From IMG/VR virus record IMGVR_UViG_3300044957_000619: a stretch of 64,000 nt of DNA; one strand, 5' to 3'. The notes under the pieces are model-generated. The model had not been told where the DNA came from. It saw only the letters and a program-made list of their open reading frames with translations, and did no database searches. This document shows, piece after piece, positions 1 through 8,988 of this stretch (the first letter of the stretch is position 1; each line of letters begins with the position of its first letter). Source of the stretch: a virus. A program made the position numbers and the translations under genes.

Positions 1-572
1 CAAAGTCTCGGCGTAATCATATTGTGAGTATATTCCATGGGCCAACCTGTTTTGTTAAAAGATCTGTCATGTGAAATATAATATGTTTTACTCATTAGTT
101 TAAAATGTGCTGCAGTTGCAATCCAATTATGATCATATGCTGCAATCATGGCCTGTTCAGCGTGTCTAATCCATGGTTTATCTCCTACGAGACGACCTAA
201 AAAATCATTTGGGTCATATGAACCCGCGTGCCAAAGTCCGTGCGTTATAACGGGAATATTTAAAAGTTCACTCATGTATTTTACATTGATAATACCTGGA
301 TGCCACGCATCTGTAAAAATAATATGATCGCCTGGCAGTATATGTGCGTGAGTAAATAATTCTGCTAACTTATGAATTTGAGTTGATTTGTACATATTGG
401 TGCCACCAAAATTCAAAAATGCACCTGTAGTAGCTGCCTCTGGAATTGTTAAATCGCCTTGGATAACTTCTACATCGAAGCCATTATCTCTAAGCAATTG
501 CGGCACGTGCCATTTCCATTCGCACGTATACCGAGTTGGTACTGATTCTATGTCTACTAAAAATATTCTCAT
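1..572 (-). CDS. Phage glycosyltransferase (GT-B-like), truncated by the window edge
   Basis: Not in the ORF track. Manual translation from ATG at 572 (ATGA overlap with the upstream stop) gives MRIFLVDIESVPTRYTCEW...GAFLNFGGTN...FTDAWHPG...HGLWHAGSYDPNDFLGR, open to position 1. Resembles phage GTs found near deazaguanine genes. Confidence 0.65.
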   Translation of the reverse strand, partial: MRIFLVDIESVPTRYTCEWKWHVPQLLRDNGFDVEVIQGDLTIPEAATTGAFLNFGGTNMYKSTQIHKLAELFTHAHILPGDHIIFTDAWHPGIINVKYMSELLNIPVITHGLWHAGSYDPNDFLGRLVGDKPWIRHAEQAMIAAYDHNWIATAAHFKLMSKTYYISHDRSFNKTGWPMEYTHNMITPRL

Positions 573-928
573 GCTTTTGATTTTTTTATGCACGCACCAT
601 TTTCCCAATCTTCCCAAACTTCTACTTTGTAAAGAGACGGAAATGATTCTAATAACCATTCTCCAATTGCTTCGCAAGACATTGACCCGAATTCTAATAC
701 ATTTGGTATGTTGCTACCAAATTCAATTCGAAGTCCTTTTTGTATTTTACGATTCAATAAAATAAATTCTTCATCGCGATCTGTATGCGTTACTCGTGCA
801 TAACAACGAAAGCCAAACATGTGACGATGTCTATCTGATAAAAATGCTACTTCTGGAAAAACATCTTTGGCATCGGGCCAACAATGGAATCCTTCAATGC
901 TAAAACTAACCATAATACTATATTTCAT
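569..928 (-). CDS. QueD-like T-fold protein, probable DpdL-type CDG decarboxylase
   Basis: EGFHxWP, LSDRHRHMF (LxxxHRHxF), SCEAI and VEVWEDWENG motifs; a canonical QueD is encoded separately. Confidence 0.6.
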   Translation of the reverse strand: MKYSIMVSFSIEGFHCWPDAKDVFPEVAFLSDRHRHMFGFRCYARVTHTDRDEEFILLNRKIQKGLRIEFGSNIPNVLEFGSMSCEAIGEWLLESFPSLYKVEVWEDWENGACIKKSKA

Positions 929-1590
929 ACTTTATTTTTATTTTGTTGACGTTTTGTTTGAGCTGCACTCATTTTAGCTATAGTATCTTTTGAAAATACT
1001 CTACCTTTCAATGTTGCACTAGTTTTTTGTCTTGTTTCTATAGAAGGTATTTTACCTAAATGCGCTTGTCTATTTTTTTCTTTTGCATCTTCCGAATGAG
1101 TTTTATCTTTCATCGGAGACGGTTTACCTAAATGCGCTTGTCTATTTTTTTCTTTACTTTCGTTAGAATGGTTTCTTAATTTACTAGCAGCTCCAATTTT
1201 TTGTTTATGTTCTTTAGATAATATACGGTTACTCATTTTTGTAGAAAACATTTCTATACGGTTACTCATTTTTGTAGAAAACATTTCTTTTAACTGAGCA
1301 TATTCTCTCGAACTAATAATATAATCTCGTTCTTGATATTGATTTTTTATATTAATCATCATATAATAAGCAAAAAATAAATTATTATCTAATGGATATA
1401 AGTAATGCAATAACTTATGTGCTATATAATGTTCTCGTGCTGTAAGTAATACTAAATTAGTTTTTATATCACTTCCGCCTATACATTTTGGAACAATATG
1501 ATGTTGTTCAAAATATACGCCACAACCTTTTTGTCGATTTTCGGATTGTGCTTGTTCTATTAGTTGATTATATATTTTTTGATAATTCAT
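925..1590 (-). CDS. HNH homing endonuclease with NUMOD3 repeats
   Basis: EQHHIVPKCIGG...NLVLLTAREHYIAH; C-terminal HSxESKEK...HLGK repeats. Confidence 0.9.
   Translation of the reverse strand: MNYQKIYNQLIEQAQSENRQKGCGVYFEQHHIVPKCIGGSDIKTNLVLLTAREHYIAHKLLHYLYPLDNNLFFAYYMMINIKNQYQERDYIISSREYAQLKEMFSTKMSNRIEMFSTKMSNRILSKEHKQKIGAASKLRNHSNESKEKNRQAHLGKPSPMKDKTHSEDAKEKNRQAHLGKIPSIETRQKTSATLKGRVFSKDTIAKMSAAQTKRQQNKNKV
1222..1287. repeat. Perfect 33-bp tandem duplication inside the HNH gene
   Basis: tatacggttactcatttttgtagaaaacatttc x2, encoding EMFSTKMSNRI twice. Confidence 0.95.
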
Positions 1591-2002
1591 TTACTTTATC
1601 TGCTATTAATTTTTTATATTTAGTTGTTGACCAACCATGGTCTCTGTTTAAGTATCGAATTGGAAGATCTAAATCATCGCCGGTAAATGACTTACCAACA
1701 TAATCATCGCCCAAATAACGAACATATTCAGCTGATTGGTTACCGGCAAATTGCTTTAATTTATAATGCAATTCTGATTCTAATGTATATGGAATAACAT
1801 GATTAACGTGTCGCAATGCAATCAACATCTCCGTTCTATCTTTAACTGAAAGAATGGGTTTCATTTTTTCGGGACGTTCAACGGTTGGATCGGTTTGAAG
1901 CAATACCCATATTTGATCACATTCGTCTTGCATTTGTTCAAACATTGCAATGTAACCTGGATGCAATACATCAAAGCTACCAGCAATAAGTCCTATCTTC
2001 AT
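1568..2002 (-). CDS. Cytidylyltransferase-like nucleotidyltransferase (TagD/RfaE family)
   Basis: GSFDVLHPGY (HxGH-like), KPIL, GDDY, RDHGWSTT. Confidence 0.85.
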   Translation of the reverse strand: MKIGLIAGSFDVLHPGYIAMFEQMQDECDQIWVLLQTDPTVERPEKMKPILSVKDRTEMLIALRHVNHVIPYTLESELHYKLKQFAGNQSAEYVRYLGDDYVGKSFTGDDLDLPIRYLNRDHGWSTTKYKKLIADKVNELSKNI

Positions 2003-2421
2003 TGTCTATCAAATTTATAGTCATCTAAAGTAACATGTTGCATATTGTGCACGGTTGTACAATACAAAGAATAATCTGCATATACAACTTTGATGCTATC
2101 TGTTTTCTTTAACAATGCAGCATCTTCACAATCCAACATCAATAAAATGTGTGCTCGAATTCTAATCATTGGCGGAATATGTTTTAGCATACCTGGAGTA
2201 ACTTCTATAGTAACAAATGTAGTATCCGTTATCATATCGAATATTGAACTCCATGCTTTCCGATCAACTAATTGCTTTGTTGCGGGCGAACAAATATAAA
2301 TGTGCGCACAAGGAGTTAATTTTTCATATGTTGCTTTCATATCTGCAATGAATAGCGTTTCGATATCGGTAAATCGTCCTTCAACTTCTTTACCATACCA
2401 ATGTGTCTTATAACCAATCAT
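1999..2421 (-). CDS. Hypothetical protein of the modification cassette
   Basis: WYGKEVEG...ETLFI N-terminal motif; ATGA-coupled to the downstream gene. Confidence 0.6.
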   Translation of the reverse strand: MIGYKTHWYGKEVEGRFTDIETLFIADMKATYEKLTPCAHIYICSPATKQLVDRKAWSSIFDMITDTTFVTIEVTPGMLKHIPPMIRIRAHILLMLDCEDAALLKKTDSIKVVYADYSLYCTTVHNMQHVTLDDYKFDRQ

Positions 2422-2426
2422 ACTTT

Positions 2427-2455
2427 ATTATAATAAATTTATTCTTGTTTTCCAA
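2427..2455 (-). promoter_or_regulatory. Sigma70-like promoter TTGGAA-N17-TATAAT
   Basis: -10 box 5 nt upstream of the ATG at 2421; the same motif recurs elsewhere. Confidence 0.65.
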
Positions 2456-4964
2456 ATGAAAAGAACTTTGCTACTGAATTATTTTCTGGAAATGCACCCC
2501 AATTCATTGCAGCATAAAAATCATCCAATTTGTTTTTTAATTCTTTTTCAAATATTTTGTTTCGGTCTATGTATTGCGTAACAAACTCTTCAATTTCTTT
2601 TGGGTCTTGATAACCACGCAATGCCATTGTATCAAATCCATATGGATTATCTGATAAGTATGCCCATTTAACCTTTTCTCCATTTTGAATAGGTTGAACA
2701 TCTCTAATACCGTGCATTGATAACAAATCATTGAAATTGATTGCTGACTTAACATGTGCTGGAGTACCCGATGAGTATCCCGTAAATGGTTTGCGACCTT
2801 TAGTAAATTTTGATATTTCTTTGACACCTGAATTCTTCATTACATTGAGTACTGGTGATTTCTTGAGGTTGTTTTTAAATTTATGAATCATATCCGTTGT
2901 AGCAGTTTTGTCTCGTTCTTTAAGAATGTGCCACAATGTTTCTTTCATGATTTTTTTGAAATCTTCTGGAAATGATGATCTAACAACATCCAATCCTTTG
3001 ATATCTAATTTATCCGTAGGTTTGCCTTCTTTGAAAATTACCCATTGTGCATATCGTTTCTTTGCGATCCATAAACCAGATTTGGCAACATATTCTTGTT
3101 TGATTTGCCAACGGTGTGATGTGGTATTATGGAATACTTCAGCATATCGGTCATACATTTGATTTACTAATGCTTGTACTTCTGATGCAATTGCATTGGT
3201 TTGTGCAATCATAAATTGTTCATCCGATTCATCATATCTAGAAAAACGTTTTGCAATAAGTGGCAAGCTAGATACAAATGTTGAATCTGTATCTGTATAA
3301 AAAGCAAATTCTGCTTTGCCGTTGGTTGCATTAACAAAATGATCTTGTCCTGTTTCTTTTGCATAATGATTGTTAATAACCTTTGCTGAAAATTTAATTA
3401 CGCTTTGGCCAGTTGCTGTAATTGCACCTGCATTATCTAAATCGTGAAAACGAAATGTTTTAAGTCCTAATACTCCATAAAATGAATTAAGCAATACTTT
3501 TTGCGTTAATTGCATTGCATCATAAAATTTATATTCTTCAGAACCTTCTTCATATTCATCTCGTTTGTCTTTAAATTCAACTCGTTCATTAAACCATTTT
3601 TCTAGAATAGCTGGTAAAAATCCACGTCGGTCATTTCGATAAACTGTGCCATTACTTGCAACGGTTAAATTGTTATCTTGCAACCACGTTTTAACATCTT
3701 GTGTATATGTACCATCTGTAAATTTTACTTGCTGCGGATCTGATTTCAATAAACATTCTTGGTCCCAATTTTGAATTACGCCCAATTTAGTTTCTGGTGA
3801 AATATTCAAACTCATAATGATGCTTGGATATAATGAAGTTAAATCCAAGTCATATATCCATTTATATAATCCAGGCACCGGATCTTTTACATATGCTCCT
3901 TCTAGTGCATCTGCTTCTGTTTCTTCTTCTACAAATCTAAATTGTTTGTTAGGAGCAACCAATCCATTGCGTTTTAAATCTACAATGGCAGCACCATCCA
4001 GGTATTTAGATGCATAATATACATCTTCATATGGAACGTGCCCTTTATGGCATATGGTTCTTGCAAGTGCAATTAATTGCAGTTTATCATCCATTTCATA
4101 AATAAGATCAACGTCGGTAACGTTATATTCTACAAATTTATGAATGTCATCTGCAAACAATTGATCTAAATCTCCTTCATATTCAACCTTACCTCTACCC
4201 AATTCTTTTTTGGCAACTGTATCTAATCGATAATTTGGTAATTCGGTATATGTAAACTTTTTATACAATGTCAAATAGTCTAAACTAGATATGCCAAATA
4301 TTTTATATCGACCTCTGTTTTTATTCCATTCGACAATGCCTGCTGGAGATAATTTTTTAATTGCTTGTGCACCTAATACCTTTTTGATGCGATTGATAAG
4401 ATATGGAATATCGAAATTATCTGTATTCCATCCTGTAATTACAGTGGGTTGTATTTCTGCAAATGCATTGATAAAACGCATCAACATGTTTGCTTCTGAA
4501 TCAAATATTTCTACTTGATATTTATTAGTAGCAAATGCATCATGTTTCACTCTTCTTTCTTCATCTAACAGCAAAACTTGCATGGTACGCCCAGCTTTAT
4601 CATAATATGCAATGGACGTTATTCGCAAACGAGCTTCTTCAGGAGTCGAATACCCATCTTCGTCCCGTTCTACTTCGATATCAAAGAAAAAGTCTTTATG
4701 CCCTTTCGAAACTAAATCGCTTTCGTAATAAAGGTCAATAAGCGTACGCATTTCTTCATTTAAATCAGATTCATATGCATTTGGATTATCTTTCCAATTG
4801 CCATCTACCCGATCTAAACGAACGCCATCCAATGACTGATATTGTCCCGTATCTGATGGTAAGTATGCATATGGTTTGAATGGGAACTTTTGATGCCCCA
4901 ATTCATCATCGAAAATGTGCATAATACCAGTTTTTTTATCGTAACCTATTGCTTGATATGCCAT
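2439..4964 (-). CDS. Family B DNA polymerase (T4 gp43-like)
   Basis: Exo FFDIE and TGWNTDNFDIPY; polymerase DLTSLYPS, KVLLNSFYG, YTDTDS. Confidence 0.97.
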   Translation of the reverse strand: MAYQAIGYDKKTGIMHIFDDELGHQKFPFKPYAYLPSDTGQYQSLDGVRLDRVDGNWKDNPNAYESDLNEEMRTLIDLYYESDLVSKGHKDFFFDIEVERDEDGYSTPEEARLRITSIAYYDKAGRTMQVLLLDEERRVKHDAFATNKYQVEIFDSEANMLMRFINAFAEIQPTVITGWNTDNFDIPYLINRIKKVLGAQAIKKLSPAGIVEWNKNRGRYKIFGISSLDYLTLYKKFTYTELPNYRLDTVAKKELGRGKVEYEGDLDQLFADDIHKFVEYNVTDVDLIYEMDDKLQLIALARTICHKGHVPYEDVYYASKYLDGAAIVDLKRNGLVAPNKQFRFVEEETEADALEGAYVKDPVPGLYKWIYDLDLTSLYPSIIMSLNISPETKLGVIQNWDQECLLKSDPQQVKFTDGTYTQDVKTWLQDNNLTVASNGTVYRNDRRGFLPAILEKWFNERVEFKDKRDEYEEGSEEYKFYDAMQLTQKVLLNSFYGVLGLKTFRFHDLDNAGAITATGQSVIKFSAKVINNHYAKETGQDHFVNATNGKAEFAFYTDTDSTFVSSLPLIAKRFSRYDESDEQFMIAQTNAIASEVQALVNQMYDRYAEVFHNTTSHRWQIKQEYVAKSGLWIAKKRYAQWVIFKEGKPTDKLDIKGLDVVRSSFPEDFKKIMKETLWHILKERDKTATTDMIHKFKNNLKKSPVLNVMKNSGVKEISKFTKGRKPFTGYSSGTPAHVKSAINFNDLLSMHGIRDVQPIQNGEKVKWAYLSDNPYGFDTMALRGYQDPKEIEEFVTQYIDRNKIFEKELKNKLDDFYAAMNWGAFPENNSVAKFFSFGKQE

Positions 4965-5473
4965 TAATTAACCTTGTATATATCTTGTAATTCACGATTT
5001 AAACCCAAATCGTCATCTAATCCATATCCAACTACCCATTCATTGCCAATTTCAAATCCACAATAGTTAGTTAAATCAACTCCACCTCGTCGCTTTAATA
5101 ATGTAACAACTTTAACTGCAGTCAGGCCAAGACTGTTTACCATAAACATCATTTCCATAATGCTAGCACCCGAATCGCAAATATCATCTACAATATAAAC
5201 TCGTTTGCCTCGCAAATCTATTTCTAATGATTTAGTAATTAATACGCCCCCAGAATTATCTCGTTTGTCATATGATTTTAATCTTACGAAGTCAATTTCA
5301 TGATTGATGGTCATCGCTCGACTTAAATCTGAAAAGAAATGCATTGCTCCGTTAAGAACACAAATCAATACTGGGGGCAATGTTGCTCCCGATTCTTTAT
5401 GATCCTGTGAAATTGCATCTGCTAATTCTTTGATGCGTTGTTGTATTTGTTGTTGTGTTATGATTTTTTCCAT
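4964..5473 (-). CDS. hpt: Hypoxanthine/guanine phosphoribosyltransferase-like protein
   Basis: ICVLNGA, PRPP loop VYIVDDICDSG, WVVGYGLD...R. Confidence 0.88.
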   Translation of the reverse strand: MEKIITQQQIQQRIKELADAISQDHKESGATLPPVLICVLNGAMHFFSDLSRAMTINHEIDFVRLKSYDKRDNSGGVLITKSLEIDLRGKRVYIVDDICDSGASIMEMMFMVNSLGLTAVKVVTLLKRRGGVDLTNYCGFEIGNEWVVGYGLDDDLGLNRELQDIYKVN

Positions 5474-5679
5474 ATTCTATAAATTCCGTAAACATTGATT
5501 GCAATTATAACTAAACTTAAAACTAGATGACTGTAATTGTCAATGAAAAAATCATATGTAATCCAACCAGTATCTCCAATGATCCATGTAACCATTGCGG
5601 CTTTTGTCCAGCCCCTTGCGTTTGAAAAGTACCCAGCCAATACTAAAGCTGTACTAATCCATCCTAAACATTCTATCAT
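5458..5679 (-). CDS. Small 3-TM membrane protein (half-PnuC/SemiSWEET-like)
   Basis: Three hydrophobic helices, GWIS...WIIGD..WI.Y...NVYGIY. Confidence 0.5.
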   Translation of the reverse strand: MIECLGWISTALVLAGYFSNARGWTKAAMVTWIIGDTGWITYDFFIDNYSHLVLSLVIIAINVYGIYRIWKKS

Positions 5680-5972
5680 TATTTTTTAATTAAAGCAATT
5701 TCAGATTCTCTAACCAAATGATATTTTTCTCCAGCAATTGAAACTTCTTTATGATCTCCAATTTGGTTGGAATGAATCATAACTTCATCACCTTCTGCAA
5801 CAGTCATTGGAATTCTATCTCCAGTTTGTGTAAAAAGACCTGGTCCTGTTTTTACAACATCTGCATAGCGATAATCATCTGTACCTGTCATAATGATAAT
5901 GCCACTTGTTGTTTTGTCTGTTTTTTCGTGTAATTTTAATAACACTTGATCTCCGGTTGGTAACCAATTCAT
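5679..5972 (-). CDS. groES: Co-chaperonin GroES
   Basis: PTGDQVL, TTSGII mobile loop, VKTGPG, VAEGDEV, VRESEI. Confidence 0.92.
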   Translation of the reverse strand: MNWLPTGDQVLLKLHEKTDKTTSGIIIMTGTDDYRYADVVKTGPGLFTQTGDRIPMTVAEGDEVMIHSNQIGDHKEVSIAGEKYHLVRESEIALIKK

Positions 5973-5986
5973 AACTTATTCCTTTT

Positions 5987-6232
5987 TTAATTATACATAT
6001 TTCTAATTGCATCTTCCGTAATATTGCTACCTACGATGCGTCCAATGCCATAATCATTCATCGTAATGATTATGCAAGGTACACTCTTAACACCAAATTT
6101 GTCGCATGTTGCTTTGTTCGTATCAACATCAATGATTTGTATAGGAAGTTCTGCAGATAATTTTTCTATTCTCGGTCTTAGTGCTTTGCATGGTTCGCAC
6201 CACGAAGCCGTAAAATAAAGTATTTTTTTCAT
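5987..6232 (-). CDS. Thioredoxin
   Basis: FTASWCEPC...VKSVP. Confidence 0.92.
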   Translation of the reverse strand: MKKILYFTASWCEPCKALRPRIEKLSAELPIQIIDVDTNKATCDKFGVKSVPCIIITMNDYGIGRIVGSNITEDAIRNMYN

Positions 6233-6288
6233 CGTATTTCATATATTATTTTAACGTCGCCAAACGTTGTTGTGATTGTCCAATTCAT
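6229..6288 (-). CDS. Putative 19-aa micro-ORF MNWTITTTFGDVKIIYEIR
   Basis: ATGA overlaps at both ends; fills the gap exactly. Confidence 0.45.
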   Translation of the reverse strand: MNWTITTTFGDVKIIYEIR

Positions 6289-6446
6289 TTTTCTTCCAAT
6301 TGATGTATTAAAAATCGTAATCTATTAATTTCGGCAATTACATCATTGCCCAATTCTATTTTAGACATTGCAGATAAATCCATTACTTGCGATTCTAAAA
6401 CTTTGATTAGTTCCTGCTGCGTTTCTATTAATTTGTCTTTATTCAT
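6285..6446 (-). CDS. 53-aa hypothetical helical protein
   Basis: Manual translation MNKDKLIETQQELIKVLESQ...QLEEK; TAATG overlap with the queE stop. Confidence 0.6.
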   Translation of the reverse strand: MNKDKLIETQQELIKVLESQVMDLSAMSKIELGNDVIAEINRLRFLIHQLEEK

Positions 6447-7231
6447 TATACTCCTCGTTTAGTGTCAAATGCAATGATATGGTCTCGTCCCGTCATGTTG
6501 TATCCGCGCTCTGCACACATTTCGAAAACTACAGGATACATATGTATCAATTCTTGCCGAGTATCACCTGCAGGCATGATAAATGTTTTTTCTTTTGGAA
6601 TACCTAACTCTACTCTAAAGTTTTCTATTTCTTGCAAGTTTTCTTCTGTACCATCCCATACTGGCTTGTAATGATAATCTGCATGAAACGCAATCATTTG
6701 TTTGATTGCTTCTCGATTAAGACGAAATTTATTATGTTGCGCCACCATTTTCTCATCTGTAATCGTCCCTTGCGGCGTAGCAACACCCACAACGGGAACA
6801 CTGTTACTAAACTTAGGGCTAAGACTAACCAAGCCAATAGGATAATCAGTATCGATAAAATGTGATCCTTCTGTTTCAATCGTGATAAGAATGTTTCTTT
6901 CATGTGCAAAATGCGTTAATTCATTTACCAAAGCCGGATGCATTGTTGGTGCGCCGCCAGTTAACATCATTTCTTTAATGTGAGGATTTTCATCATATAT
7001 AGCAATGATATCGTTAAAGGTAAATGTTCCTTTTTCTGGATGTATACTTGTGTACCAAGAATCGCACCAACCACCTTCTCCAAAGAAGCATCTATGTGTG
7101 CAACCCGTAGTTCGCACTGCTATTGTTGGTCTGCCAAAGCGTGACCCTTCGCTTTGCACGCATCGATACAATTCTACTATAGGCAATGTTTTTGTGTAAT
7201 CTGTTATTCTTTTAGAATGGGAGGTCGTCAT
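6446..7231 (-). CDS. queE: 7-carboxy-7-deazaguanine synthase (radical SAM)
   Basis: QSEG...GRPTIAVRTTGCTHRC...WCDS, LTGGAP, IETEG, SLSPK. Start taken at ATG 7231 (track gives 7258). Confidence 0.9.
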   Translation of the reverse strand: MTTSHSKRITDYTKTLPIVELYRCVQSEGSRFGRPTIAVRTTGCTHRCFFGEGGWCDSWYTSIHPEKGTFTFNDIIAIYDENPHIKEMMLTGGAPTMHPALVNELTHFAHERNILITIETEGSHFIDTDYPIGLVSLSPKFSNSVPVVGVATPQGTITDEKMVAQHNKFRLNREAIKQMIAFHADYHYKPVWDGTEENLQEIENFRVELGIPKEKTFIMPAGDTRQELIHMYPVVFEMCAERGYNMTGRDHIIAFDTKRGV

Positions 7232-7573
7232 CGTAGTACTCATTACTATTGGTAACATTGTTTTCTAATTTATTTAATAAAGTTTCAAATTTAGATTCTA
7301 AATCTTCAAGCTGTTGATATATTTCTATTAATGCAGATCGTCTTACAATTGGCGTTAAATCCATTTCAGGTTTAGTTGCAAAGTATTCATCTAAAAATGA
7401 TACGGGATATAATTGCACTTGATTGTATTCTGGTTTTTGAACTTCTTTTGGTAGCATTCTCCATTTAATCTCAACGCCTCGTTTAATAGCTTCAGCTGTT
7501 ACTTCTCGACCAATGTTCGATCCGCCAGAACTTTTACCTAAATATTCAAAAAGCGATAAATATGTTTCTTCAT
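7212..7573 (-). CDS. Hypothetical protein ending in an SSB-like DDDLPF tail
   Basis: YLSLFEYLG...LYPVSFLDEYF, a coiled coil, then YYDDDLPF. Start chosen at the TAATG overlap with queD. Confidence 0.65.
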
Positions 7574-8037
7574 TATTCTTCATAGCTGGCTGAATTTCTT
7601 TCGTGTTCATAAACTTCTACTTTTGTTGTTCGAACCCTACCTTCGGTTTCTTCAAACAAAAAGTTATTAATTACCGTATACAAGTATTCAGCAAATCGTT
7701 CACATCCGGTAGCAGGTAAAATTCGTAGTTGAATAATACCATCTTCATACATTTGTTTGAAATGCGGTAAATATGGGTCGTCTTGTGCTATAATTGTAGT
7801 ATGATCTAATAGGTATGCAAAATAGTCTTTTGGAGACATACCGTTAATTTGTGTTTTTGCACGTTTCATGCCACCAAAGTCCCATACCCAATTTCTTTCA
7901 TCTAAATCACCCTCAAACCATACACGAAATGATACAGCATACCCGTGTAAGAATTGACAATGGGTACCTTTTGCTCGCCATTGTCGAAAGCAAGTCGAAT
8001 AGCCATCAAATAATTTTGTTGAAGTGTATCGTGCCAT
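7573..8037 (-). CDS. queD: 6-carboxytetrahydropterin synthase
   Basis: FRQW...HCQFLHGY, WVWDFGG, LLDHT, GCERFA, VEVYEH.RNSA. Confidence 0.92.
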   Translation of the reverse strand: MARYTSTKLFDGYSTCFRQWRAKGTHCQFLHGYAVSFRVWFEGDLDERNWVWDFGGMKRAKTQINGMSPKDYFAYLLDHTTIIAQDDPYLPHFKQMYEDGIIQLRILPATGCERFAEYLYTVINNFLFEETEGRVRTTKVEVYEHERNSASYEE

Positions 8038-8738
8038 TAATTATAACCTTTTACGAATTGATAAAATTCTGATCTTGCATTCCCATCATCTAAAAATGCT
8101 CCAGACAATTTTGCAGTCTTCATCGAAGCTCCGCCATGCTTAACACCTCGACATTGAACGCAATTATGTGTTGCTTCAATCATAACCGCAACACCTTTAT
8201 TATTTTCAATAAGTTCATCTATTGCATGATGTATTGCTACTGTTAATTGTTCTTGTATTGCACCTCTTCTACCAAAATGCTCTACTACTCGATTCAATTT
8301 ACTTAAACCGATAACATTGCTATTTTCACCCGGAATATATGCAACATGTACATTACCCATAATGGTTTGATGATGATGTGAGCACATTGAAGTTAATGGA
8401 ATACCTCCTTCGAATACAATGCCATCATATCCGTCACTAGGAAATGCTGTGATTCCTGACATTGGATTGTATCGACCAGCCCATAGGTCATTAACATATG
8501 CTTTTGCAACTCGCCGTGGAGTATCAGATGAATTCGGATCTTGTTCCCAAGCTACCCCTAATGCACGAAGAAATTCTCCATAATAAAATGCAGCATCATC
8601 AATAATTGCTTGTTTTTCTTTTTGAGTTAATTGAGCATCAGGGCCAAACATTGCTTGTTTAGTTGCTAATTGTGTGGAAATTCCATTAGCAAAACCAGAT
8701 TTAACTAATTCTAAATTATTTCTTTGTTCTTTTGTCAT
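8037..8738 (-). CDS. folE: GTP cyclohydrolase I
   Basis: DTPRRVAK, SMCSHH, GLSKLNR, QEQLT, HNCVQCRGV. Confidence 0.96.
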   Translation of the reverse strand: MTKEQRNNLELVKSGFANGISTQLATKQAMFGPDAQLTQKEKQAIIDDAAFYYGEFLRALGVAWEQDPNSSDTPRRVAKAYVNDLWAGRYNPMSGITAFPSDGYDGIVFEGGIPLTSMCSHHHQTIMGNVHVAYIPGENSNVIGLSKLNRVVEHFGRRGAIQEQLTVAIHHAIDELIENNKGVAVMIEATHNCVQCRGVKHGGASMKTAKLSGAFLDDGNARSEFYQFVKGYN

Positions 8739-8772
8739 AACTTAATTCTTATTACTAATATAATAAACTTTA

Positions 8773-8988
8773 TTACATTTTCAAAGTTTTTACACCTTTT
8801 TCGTGACGAGGCTCATAAGGACAATGTCGACAACCATTACCACAACATGCCCCTCGGCGTACGTGATATGATTCAGTCATTACGCGACATCCATCGGAAT
8901 CATAATAAAAGTCCGTTGGAAGGAGCTTGCTTCCAAACTCCCTCACGAACTGTTGTTGTATCCAATCTTTTCCTGCCGGCTGTATCAT
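8773..8988 (-). CDS. Small Cys-rich protein (DUF5522-like)
   Basis: RRGACCGNGCRHCPY. Confidence 0.75.
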   Translation of the reverse strand: MIQPAGKDWIQQQFVREFGSKLLPTDFYYDSDGCRVMTESYHVRRGACCGNGCRHCPYEPRHEKGVKTLKM

